This document shows positions 23,001 through 35,000 of a stretch of DNA of 64,000 bases, piece after piece. A program made the position numbers and the translations under genes. The DNA lies in NCBI GenBank assembly GCA_036172245.1, contig JAYWIR010000008.1, forward strand, positions 4,278,001 to 4,342,000, given 5' to 3'. Under the pieces are notes generated by a model. That model saw only the letters and a program-made list of their open reading frames with translations, searched no databases and was not told the origin of the DNA. Position 1 is the stretch's first letter. Each line of letters starts with the position of its first letter. The DNA comes from Raillietiella orientalis (Eukaryota).

Positions 23001-26000
23001 GATAGGAGCCTCTTCCAGCGATCAGAGGTTACTGCTCAGGGTGTGCGAAGCGCACTCTCCCGCCGCGGTGGCGGCGCAGGGAGCGGAAGATGACGAGCAG
23101 AGCTGCCAGGTGGAAGAGGAGCTGCGGTCCAAGCTGAGGGCGGCAGAGTCACTCTGCCGGGAGCTGATGGACAAGAACGAGCAGCATCGGTCGGACCTGA
23201 GCGACTACGAAGAAGCCTTCAAGGAGGTCACTGACGGATTGAGGTGAGCTCCCTGAATGTCCCAAGGTCAGGAAATGGGCGTTAGGAAAGGGAATCTTCG
23301 GAGACGCGCCGAGAGAGCTGCGCGAACCAGGCAGCGGCTCAAGGAGGAACTCGCCTTCTTAATTTCAGGAAGCGAAGAGGGAAGTAAAGAGGAAAAAGGC
23401 GATGAAAAATGCTTACTCCTTCCTTCAGTTCCATTTTTCCCTCTACTTTCATTCCTGTCCGTCTAACGCGAGATCTCGGGATCGGACAACTCCATCATGC
23501 CTTCCCACAGCAGCTCGGACTCGTAGAATCCCAACTTCCTCTCTCTGGGAATCTTTTCTTCTGGAAAGCCTTTCTTGCTATCCGTAGGGACCCTGAAGGG
23601 TGCTCAGAGGAGAAGGGATTTATCAGAGCCGGTCTCCCAACCGGTTGAGGAGGTGGTGGCTCAGTCCTCCGTTGCCAAAAGGGAATCCCTCACGGCTTTT
23701 GCTTCGGGAATACATGACGATGGGAGGGTTCCTGGAGACTGGAAGCAGAGGTTCAAGGAGTGGCTCAAGGAGGGTCATGGTAGTCTTTCTCTTGGCTTCT
23801 TCCTCTCTTTAGTAAAAGGCGAAAGAAATACTCGCATAGAGCAGGAGCCCGAGGCTTCAGGACGCGCGTTTTCCTCTGTCGTCGTGGTCTTCGCCTCCCG
23901 GACGCTACACCAGGATGGTCCGCAGCTTCCAAGAGAGGTCCTGCGATCCCTCTTGATGACCGCGAACACAATTGCTCCTCAACCACATGGGGTGGCTGAT
24001 TGATCGTCTCCTTGGATTCAGCGCGCAGTCTCTCCCCGGGAAGAGCGACAGGAGGACAGCAGGCAAGAGGAGAGGAGCGTTAGCAGACGACGGCGCCTCT
24101 TCGCAATGGGGAAGAGGAGAAGCTGTCAGCAGCAGCAACCTTTCGCCATTCCTGCTCCTTCCTGATCAAATGAGGCCTCTGCCTCATTTGATCAGGAAGG
24201 ATGTTTCAAGAAAGAGATGCGGAAGGGTGATCTTTTGTCAGAAACATGCTGTGGTCCACCGAAAATGAAAGAGCGGCGAGAGAAGAGAGAGAAGGGGCGA
24301 GGCAGAGGGGGAAAGGGAGGAAGAGGAAGAAGAGGAGTCTGCACGGCTCTGGCCGACATCGTTCCGAGAGTCTCCACCATGGTCCCAGCCCGGGAGTTCC
24401 CCTTCGGGATGGAGAACTCTGAGATAACGGGCTGTAAGGGCTCGTGATGGAAGGGAAGCCAAATTGCTTTTCTGCAGCGGCGGTGGCTCTTCGGAATGGC
24501 ACGAACTCGCTCCGTGAAGACAGTCAGCTGCCACACAAGCGGAGAGGAGGTGCTGCTCCCTCTGTCCCGGAGCGAGAGGCTCTTTCAATGGCCTCTGGCG
24601 AGTCTCTGTCCCGTCTCCCCCTGCCTCCTCCCCCTTCGAAACCGTTCGCCTCGTCGGTCGGCCGCAGAGAGGCTCTGTGAGCCCGAAGAGTTCACCTCCT
24701 TCTCATCTCCCCTCTTCCCGGGACGCCCTCGCAACTCCAGTCACCTGCGCTCGGAACGACGCAACCTTTCGCAGAAGATGAGGGAGGAGGAGGAAGGAGT
24801 GGAGGCACGATGGAGGATGAAATCCCTCGTCTCGTAAGGACGCGAAATCCTTCGTGTGCAGCAACAGGAGGAAGTGATGGGGAGGAGAGGAGAGGGGAAC
24901 GGTGCAAGAGGATCCGCCGCTGTCAGATCTGAGGACTTTCTGGAGCTTCCTCCTTGTTTCGTGACCGTCCGAGGAGCGGTTCAAGTGTGGAAGAGACGGA
25001 AAGGGATGGGACGGGTGCGTGCGGAGGGTCGGGGGTGCCGCACATGTCTCCCCGCGATCTCTGTAGATGTCGGGGTCGGCGTTGTCGGTGCAGAATTGAA
25101 TTCCAGCGGAGCAGGAAGACTCAGATCCCCGCTCTTTTAGGGAGAACCAGTTCTACGAGTGCGAGACACTGAGGAAGAGCCTGGAAGGCGCCATTAAGAA
25201 CGAGAGGATCCTGCAATTCCGGTTGCGGAAGGCGGAGTTGCGCGCCGCCGAGCTGGAGCTCCAGGCGGAGTCCCAGAAGCTCCAGAGTTCCTTCTCCGTG
25301 TGCCTGGAGAGGAGCAGCTATGTGGCCAAGCTGGAGGAGGAGATCAAGGGGCTGACGGAGGAGACCCTGAAGCTGAAGAGGCAGAACTACGAGCTCCAGG
25401 AGAGGTTGCTGGAGCCCGGAGGGAAAGGAGCGGACACCGCTGGCTCCTCTCCCCTCTCCATCCAGGTAAGAAAAAAAAAAAAAAAAGGGATTCCGGAATT
25501 TCTTTGGGGGCTCACTGTTACATTGAGGACGTCTCTGGTCCTCTGGGAGGGAGGGCTCCCCACCGTGACCTTGGGATGGGTGCATTCTGCAGCATGAGCC
25601 GAAGACATCCCGACAGGGAAACTCCGCTCTAGCATGCCGAGGCGAATTTCGATGGAACGCGTGCATACAGTTTCACTGTGCAGCGAAACTGCAAGCACAT
25701 CTGTGTATATACAAGTTTATGCATACTTGGGAGTGTAGAAATAAATGATAGCATTTAAACGGAAGGAAGTGGGCGCACTACATACCTATGTATTTGCTGA
25801 CTGTAAGGTTCAGCATACTGAATCAGACTGTACGCTACATTATACAGAAGTTACGATGCGAAAGGTACCACACTACACGGTGCCACTCCACATTATGCTG
25901 GACGGACCACATTATACATCATAATCACAGAGATGATGCACTGCTCGTGAAGGCATACTGTGACCCCTGTCCATGTATTTGGACGTACACTTTCGATTTC

Positions 26001-29000
26001 AATAAACTTCGTGTATACTCTCGCGTGCACGGTACATTCTGCGTTTGGACTCCAAAGTCCCTACTCATCTCTTTCGAACGAGGGGCCAAAGCGTGACTTT
26101 CGGATCGGTACCAAAGTGACCCACTCTTCGCCTCTCCCTGAGTGATTCCAAGATGGATCTCTGCCGTGGGGGATTCCGAGTGACCAAAGAGCCCTCCACC
26201 CAATCTTCGGCATATCTCCCATGGTCCCGCGGAGATTCGCACTTTGTAGAGGCCCGAAAGAAGACAGCACAAGACAAGGAAATCGCGGGGAGTCGGAGGG
26301 CAAGTCCATCCGTGATTCCGTGATGCTTCTCTTTCTCTCTCTCTTTCTCTTGGGGTCTGCTTCATGAAATCAATCCCTGTCTCGAGGGAGTGGCATACTC
26401 AACGCCTGCTTTCCCCCTGAGACGAATTCCCGAGAAAGACCATCGTCTCATTTGGCAGTCTTCCGTGGAAGCGGCTCCCCTTCAGGAGACAGCACCACTC
26501 CCTCTAGAATCCCTCCTGCGTCGCATCTTTGTCTTCCGCAGCCTCTGCTTCCAAACCCCTTTTTCTCTCCTGTCGAGCAAAGGAGCGTTCGCGCATTCGC
26601 GATCTCTTGCTCCCTGTGAAGAGGGGCATGCGAGGGGTCCAAGCTTCCGGGAAGACCACTGCGGGGGAGGTTCCTCGGCATCACCGCAAATCTCTCTTAG
26701 CTCTCGCTGTCAGTGCCCTCGCGCGGGCCTCATAGCACCGCCGAGGTGAACGGAACGGCCGCACATCGTGTTTCTACCCGCACCCTTGCTGGGTCTTGAC
26801 ACACTTCAGATGGGTCCAGATCGCTACTCCGAGATGCCGTCGAGGAATTCCCGGACAGATTTCCCTACTGCTGCTTTGGCCGGGAGTGGTGAATCCTTCC
26901 GTTCCCGGAAGTCGCCGGCGGGGTCTCCTGTCCGACATCCCAGGAAGTTCGCAGTCGCTCCCTGGTCAAGTGTGGGCCGTCCGATTTCCTGTCCCGGGTA
27001 TGCCGGTGCTGAATTTTCTTTGCACATGGAGCATGCTAAAAAATATGCGTGTGTACAAATTACATACAGATGCATAGCACATGTCCAGATGTGTGGGTAG
27101 GGCACACTGCATACTGCGCTGGCGAGCTGACTCCACATGCAAGAAGTCATGTGTCATTCGTGAAGAAATTTGCGACGCGCACGCGTGCGAAGAGGCGCGT
27201 GACACGAGCGCACATTCCACGCAATGCACACGGTGACTTGTGGTAATGCACAGGGTGTTCCATGCGCGTGCTGATGGCGTGGCCGAAGAACCCATTCCGT
27301 GTCAAGAAACGAAGTGCAATGGAACGCTTCCCATCGTCCACTTCTGCTAAGACTCGCCAGCAGTCGTGAAATGTACGCTGCGTACACAAGCACGCTCGCA
27401 TGCGTGCACAGAATGTCCATGTACATTTTACTATACAGTGTACGTATGGAACGAATATATGGTACATGCTTGCCGGGTCGACTGAGTAATGAGTGCACAC
27501 GTCTGCGCTCGAATCACGCGTTCGTCGTGTATCGAGCGGTCTTGCTCACGCGCGCTCGTTCCTAAGCGACCACATCTGCGGCTCAGCAAGATCACGCAAG
27601 CGTCGTCGTCTCACGTAGTCATCCGTCCGTTGCCATGCTCGCCCGCCGCCAACATCCCGGAGCGAGCACCAGGAACGTGACCTGTACCCGCGACCTCACT
27701 CGACCCACGAGCAGCTGAATCGCGGAAGCGACCTTCCCGCTTGCAGGCAGGGCAACGTCCAGGGGGGCTTGCAAGCCTTTCACGCGAGTACCCACTGCTC
27801 GGAGAATACCCACTGCTGCGAAAGGGACACTCTTCCGAGCCGTGGGTCACCTCGAGGGACTCGGAGGTCTGCGGCAGGCCGAAAGACCCGCGCACCCCGG
27901 CGACCGTGAATTTTCTCTGCGCCGTGCTGCGCCTCTTCGGAGCCGCCTTGACTTTCGGCTCCGCCGCGTGTGGGTGAGCGAACCAATGGCGCCCTTTCCC
28001 TGCACCGAGGCGGCAGGGTTGCTACCCTGCGACAATTTTTTTTGTTTTTTTTTTTGTCAGACGTCTTCGCCGGACAGAGGCGGCCTTGACCTCCTGCGAG
28101 ACCTGCAGGATTTCACGGAGAGGGAGCACGACCTGAGGGAGCAGCTGAAGTTCACCGAAGAAGAGGTAAGGAGAAGGAATGGGGGAAGACCTGAGAGGGC
28201 CGAGCAGAAGGGGAGAGGCTCCCACTCGAGCCACCCCTTCCACAGGGGAATCCTCAAATTCTTCGTGGGCACGCCGTGAGTGCTCCTGCATTGGGGTCGA
28301 CCAAAACTCCGGGTCTCGCAACTGCAGCGACAACCTCCCCACACACTCACCCACTCCACTGTATCAATGCGGAGACCGGCCAGAGACGCGACCGGAACCA
28401 AAGCTGACATGGCATGGAGGGGTCTCTGCTCGTGTTTAAAAAAAATCCCCAGACCACCCTTGGAAGAGAGACGAAAGCGAGTTCAAGCTCTCTCTAGAAG
28501 GGAGGAGGATTCCAGGAAAAGGAACCCTCAGAGAAGACTCCCCACAGACAGAAAGCACGGAGATTCCGGCACCAGGCAACAGGACGGGGCGGTTTCTGTG
28601 GGAACGGGAACTCTCGTGGACCCGACGGATCTCTGGGTAGCCAGCTGCTCTCTCGCCCGGACATCTCCGAGACATTCCTCCAAGAACCGCCCCGGGAAGA
28701 GTCTGCGGGTCCTCGTCCCCGGGAAGTCTCCCGCCTGTGCGTTCCCTTTCCGGCGCGACCCTAGCCCACGAGCGGTCCAATCCGCCTCCGGGCACTCGGT
28801 TAAGCCGGGCTGGCTTCTGCAGATCCTTCCCGCTTCGGACGGGACGGAGACTCCCTCTCTAGACCGCGAGAGGCGCGCTCCCACCGCTCTCACCAGGGCA
28901 AGGAATTCTCGGAACTTGTCCTCCGGATCCTCTCGCCCGCGCACAGCAAGGCATGCGAAGGGTGGGGGTGGGGAGACGCGCTTCAGGAGATGCTCCCGCA

Positions 29001-32000
29001 GACCGCGCGCGCTCCATGCCCGGTTTCGGATGCGGGGTAGGGCCACGTCCTTACCAAGCGGCTCACTCCACCTCCGCAGGGTTCATTGGAATCATAAATC
29101 GAGAGATGCAGCGACGGAAGAGCTCTCCTCCCTTCTCTCCTCCCCTCCTCCTCCCTCTCGCTGAGGAAGCGGACGAATCTGACCCGCGTTCCCCTAGGGC
29201 TCCCGAGAGACAGGCGGGAAAGGAGTCCTTCTCTCCCCCACCCTCTCTTCCGTGGGAGCCGCGTGCCTTCCAGGAAGATCGATCTCAAGAAGGAGAGGAA
29301 AAGGGAGAAGCGGCGAGCATCTTCCATGAGTCACAGAGCCAACTCGTGTTTGCCTTACGCTGGTGTCCGCTCGTGCCCTTCGAGATCGTCACGCGCACGC
29401 CGAGATGGCTTTCACGCGAGGCTGCTCCATCAGCATATCAAGTAGCATCCAGCATCCTCCTTTGTCAGCAGGTGATCTGTGGAATTCGCAACCCGGCACT
29501 TTGTGGCCGGCCCGCGTTGGCTACCGCGTGATTGCGGCCTCCGCTCGTGGCACGGCCATCACGGGTTCAAATCCCGCCCGGTGAAGGATCGATGCCGAGA
29601 AATGAGGGAGAGGGTGGGGGTAATTCGTGGGTTTCGAGCCACGCAACCCGCAGGATTACGCTGTTGGGTCCATTCGAGTGCAGCACCGGTGGAAGCCGAA
29701 TGCCCTTCGTTGAATGGCCGGGACTGGAAGTCGACCCTCCGGGGTCCTTCCAAGAATCGAGTAGCCGCTTCCCTTCGGGGTTCCCTTTCGGTTGTGAAAA
29801 CGGAGCCGTCTTCCATTTAGGGGCTATCTTTCATCGCACATCATGGAGCTGGTGGATCGATACCTCTCCAAAGTGTGAAGAAGCGCGCTGCTCCATTCGG
29901 GGGAGCAATCCTTCAGAAAATTGGGAAGCGTTTCTTTCGGGTTCTCTTCAGAGGAGGAGGAAACAAGGAGCAAATCCTTTACAAGAGGGTTCCTCTGGAG
30001 AAGAAATGAGGACCTTCGGGTGGCGTGGAGCAGTGTTAAAGAGCTTTGTGAGCTCCCAGGCGAACGGTTCTCGAGGACTGACGGGGAGAGGGGGAAGAGA
30101 AGGGAAGGGTGGTCAGTCGGCACCCCCGCAAGAGAGCGCCGGGAGAGGGCGGATGAGCCCAAACGGGGGAGGGAGAAGAGAATCTCCAGGGTTCCAGCCA
30201 GCCTTCGTTCTTCAGTCCTCAAGTGGTCCTCGATGTGACGCTTCGCACGCGGGTTCTCGGCAGGTGGATTCAGCTCGCCAGCGCAGCAGAGTCCCCGGAA
30301 GCTTTAGAGGGATTCGTTCTACCCACGGGAGAGGGAACAGTACGACGATCCTTGGAGAAGTTCCCGAGAAGAGGAAGAAAAAGTACCCCCCGAGATCGAA
30401 AAGAGGAAAGAGTGTCAGGGTGATCCTCCACCTTCTTCATCTTCTCAAGGTGCACTCATGCTCCTTGAAGATTATGGGGAGCATGCAGAGGGGCGCTTTC
30501 CCGCGAGGGAAGAAGAGTTTGTCGCACGAGGATCATTTCCGGCGCTTCCGTTTCCGATACGGACGCATCTGCACCATTGCTCAAGACGAGCAACATCACC
30601 CCGGACTCTCAAGGCTCGCGGATTCGGCCGGACGTGGGCGTGGACTCCACGGTTGAGTTCAGATCAAGCGTCATTCCCTTTTCCTCGAAATCCTCCTCTG
30701 TCGCCGACGCCGACGCTTGCCGCTCCCGAGGCATCACCTGGGAAAGCGGAAGAGGCGCTGGGACCGTTCCGTGGACCTCGTCGGAGGCACTTTCGCTTGT
30801 GCAAAGAGACGATCTCCTCTGAGGTCACCGGGAACTCTCCTCAAATCATTTTCCTCCCTTATTCCAGGGCGCGCGTGGTGTGGCTCCCCGCTGCTGGCTC
30901 CCTCCCCTCCTTTCGCAGGTGGACCATGAGTCGTGCTCTGACCGCCGTTTTCCCAAACCGGGAGCGGCTATATCCGGTTCCCGTCGCGCGAGTCCGGTCT
31001 GCTGATCAGCGGAGGGGAGTCTGCGAGGTCTCGGATAAGCAACTCTTTCGCTGGTCCGCGCTCCGCCTTCCATCAGGTCTGCTGACTGCCGATGCAGATC
31101 GTGCGCGGATGCAAATCCAGGCAGACGATCACGAGTGCTCACCCTCCGACCTCCGGCAGAGGTCCTCTACCTCCCTGGAAACAAACCAGAAAGTTCGGGA
31201 AATTTTCGCCCCGAAGGAATCGAGGAACGTCGCGACATCTGAGGGAAAAACTCCGAGCCGACGGCTGGGAGACTGGGAGCGTTGCCGCGGGTTGACTCTC
31301 CGTCAGGAGAGCTGGCGGGTTGCCTGAAGAGCCAGGAAGATACCAAAGCATCTGAGCTACCGCGTGCATCTGGACTGCTAGCCTGAATGACAATGGTCCC
31401 CCGTGCCAGAAGTTTTTCCGGGTTTCGCGGGCGGAAAGCTTCCGTGCACTTCCCAAGGACGGGGGAAGATTTGGCGGGAGGGAGCGACTCATTCCAATCA
31501 CGACAGGCGGTGACCGCTACGGGGCGGCGAGCGGTCATCCAAAGGAGGAAACCGAGGAGGGATGCGGCGAATGAGTAACCAGCGCAGAATCCTTCAAAAC
31601 TGGGAGGGCGAAATGCACCAGTTTCCGAAACGGGAATGTCCCGCTCTGTAATCTCGCATGGCACCCTCCTGCAATTTCGTGGCTGGAACTTCCCAGCCGC
31701 GTCGGTCGGCAACGGAGGCCCGCAAGCAAGCCGGTGCTCGCAAGGACCACGGGAATCCAGCACTCGGCGATTTCCGGTTCGCATCAACATCAAAGAGCGC
31801 TGCGGAGGGAAAGCAGTGTTGGCCCAACGTTTTCCGCGGAAGATGTAAGAGAGATGCAAAGTTCGAGGTGCAGCGGAACCGGCTGGCAGAGACGCCCTTC
31901 AAGATGCTGGAGATATTCCTCAGACTAGACAACATACACAAAGAGCGCTTGAGGGCGTTGTTGTCTGTCTCCGCTGAGCACCGACCAGCAAGTGACCTCC

Positions 32001-35000
32001 GCGCCCTCCCACCATCCATCGTTAGTTCCAGATCAAGTCGTTTGTCCCTTTTTTGTGTATGCTGGAGCCGTGCAGGAACGAAGCCACGGTGGATTTGAAT
32101 GATCCTGCCACGCCAGACTCTTGGAATGCTCCCGGTACAAAGAAAAGGTTCAGACATCATTTTGGGTTACCTCCTCTCACCGGAGCTCAGCTCTCGCCGC
32201 GCCCTCTGTTTGCCTTCAAGCCCGCATGGCGTCCACATGGTTTTCTCGGAGGTGCGCAGCTCGGGCGGCGCCTTGCCACCGCTCTTTGATAACAGAGAAT
32301 CCGGGCGCTTTCTTGATAAGCATTCCCTCCGGCTTCGTCGGAGGAACGGCGTATGGAACGAAGAAGGAATTCTCTCTCTTTGCGCTTCCTTGGAAGCAGA
32401 TGAGCCCGGTGTGTGTCGACGAAGACGCTTTGGAGGATCTCAGAACGGACATTTACAAAGAGCTACACATCTTCTACTGGGCTGCAGTGAGCATTCCAGA
32501 AGCAGGGTATCCCATCTCCTGGACGAAAACCGAAAACTTTGAAGGTGAAGGTCCTGGAGGTGAATCTTCGAGAATGCGGGGGAGCAAACGGACTCTGCCC
32601 ACGTGTTCGAGTCATGGGACGGCTTCCTGGAATGATCCGGGATTGTATCGGAAACCGAACCAAGGCGGTCGCGGAACGTGCTCAGAGGAATATTCCCTGG
32701 CCTGCGGTAGCAGCAAGAAAGGAACCGATGCAGTCTCTTTGCTGCTCTTTCCCACCCGACTGGACGTCATCCCGGCGGCTCAATCGTCTGCCACTCGCGA
32801 AATTCCACATCGCTCCGGATCTAACCCTGGGAGTCTGGAGGCGTCCCCGTTCGCTGAGCTCACCCGGGAAGCCGTGGCTCCCGGACGACCCGACGTTATC
32901 CTGCGAGAGATTAAAAGTGCCACCGGAAGCAAGAGAGAAGGATGAGGGGGTGTCTTCAAAGGGTGTGATGCTGCGCTGACAAAAAAGACGCATCCTGCCG
33001 CCACTGCGCCTCCGCAAACGAGACGATGTAGCGGCGAGACGCAGGGATGCAGCGTCACTGCAGTGACGAGGTTCGAGAGCACGTGATGTTATCCCGTGGT
33101 CCGAAGCTGACACCCACTGTCACTTCGTGGCCTCCGTGCCCGTGGGCGCTCGGTGCAGCGATTGCACCTGACCGGCTTTTCTCCCTGGGGTTACACACAC
33201 GCTCACACACACACACGGGATGGCAAGGTATGCGCGACGCGCTCGTCTGATAAGTCGGTCCACCTATCTCTTGGAAGTCCCTGCCTAGTCAATCACGTTT
33301 CCCTTTCAATATGCTACTCTTGCTCCCTTCGCTGTCCACTTTTGTCGTTCTTCCCTCATCCCTGAAGTTCTGGTTCATCTGCAGGTGTCCTCCCATAGGA
33401 GACGACCATTTTCGTCGTTCTTTATCGGAATACTCCGGAGCACATTCGGTTGCATCATCCCGTGACCTGGCATGCTGCACTGCTGCTCCGCGTCCCATCT
33501 TCTAGAAAGTCGGCACAACGAAAGGTTGTCTTCGCTGCTCGGAAATTCGTAGTGAGGATCCCTTCCCCTTTCTCTCAATTCTTCGCCTCCTGGAAGAGTG
33601 ACTGAGGGTGGAAGCCGCACTACGGGATGTGACAGAAGAAACCGATCTTCAGAGAATGCGCTTCGCGGAACGTCCAGTTCCTCACGCAGGCCACCTCTCG
33701 CAGACCCTTCTTAGGAGACCTCCCGCCGCCACTTCCACGGAAGGCATGAGTCGGGGAGAGTGTCCTGGAACGACACGCTCCTCATTCTAGTAGTGGATGC
33801 AGCCGCCGTCTCCACATCTCCCCCAAAGGCATCGCTTCCTCGTCCCTGACATCTTCCCCATTTGGGCGTGACATCCTCGGAGCTGGATCGGGTTGACAAG
33901 TAATCCTAAAGTCGGCGAGCTCACGCCGAAGAGGGGGGAAGACGGCGGGGATAGGAGTTTCGGGAGAGGAAGGGAGTCTCCCCCTTCTCTCGAAGCTCGT
34001 GGAACCGGCCGAGTGCAAAGCCCCAGGCGCGGATAACCGTTCCTTGTGCGCTCCTCCCTCGCCTTTTCCGGACGCCGTCCGATGCTCCGCGCCATCTAGA
34101 TTGGCGTGAAAGGAGTTCAACGCTCTCCCGGGTCGTCCGGGCTGCTGTCCGTCTGTTGAGCAGGAGGTGCTGAGCCTCTTGAGCAGGTCACGAAAAGAGC
34201 AGGACCGGCCGGGAGCTTCGGATGAGCAGCGACACAGCTAGGCTCGGGCGAATCTTCCCTCGTCTTCCGGGGTCTCGGGCAAGGTCCACGGAGACCTCCA
34301 GGAACTCGGAGGTCGAAGGTGCTAGTCAGAGCCCGAGGGAGAATGTGCTCTAACCAACGGAGGGAGGGGGCTATTGCGTATCTCGACCTCACGGCAGGAT
34401 CACCCTTCGCGGCTCTTGGAACTCTTCCACTCAATGCCCTCTTTCCAGAGGCACTTCTTGAGGAAGCAGCTCAACCGCACGGAAGAGGAGAACGAGTCCC
34501 TAAGGATGCAGCTGAGGAAGATGATTTCCGTCAAGCCCAGAGGTATTTGCAGCTCCTATTGGGTCCCCTTTTCTGCCACAAGCACTTCTGTCTTCTGTGA
34601 CCGCCGGAGTCTCCCCCGGCTGAACGCGCTCACCCCTTTTGGAGCTCTCGCCTGCTCCCCTCCCTTTCTCAGTTCTTTCGAGTCGCATCAGAGTGCGGAG
34701 ATTCACCCCACGACACCGGTGCGGCTCAAAAGAGACTGCTGGGGGCACCCGGAAGCCCGTCGCAGCACTGCAGCACTTTCCTCTGGACGAGCGGGAGACT
34801 CGGAGTGCCACTGGAAGCAAGAGAGAAGGATAAGAGAGTGTTTTCGATGGGTCTGATGGTGTGCCAACAAAGAAGACGCACCCTGCCACCACTGCGGCTC
34901 CGCGGACGAGACGACGTAGCGACGAGACGCAGGGATGCAGAGTTCCAGTAGCGTCACTACAGCGGCAAGGCTCGAGAACACGCGGCACCGCACTCCGACG

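Noticed and set aside
31385..31430. DNGP motif suggesting a retroviral-type integrase
   Set aside because: No upstream catalytic Asp context or downstream N-G-x-x-E-R motif at the expected spacing.
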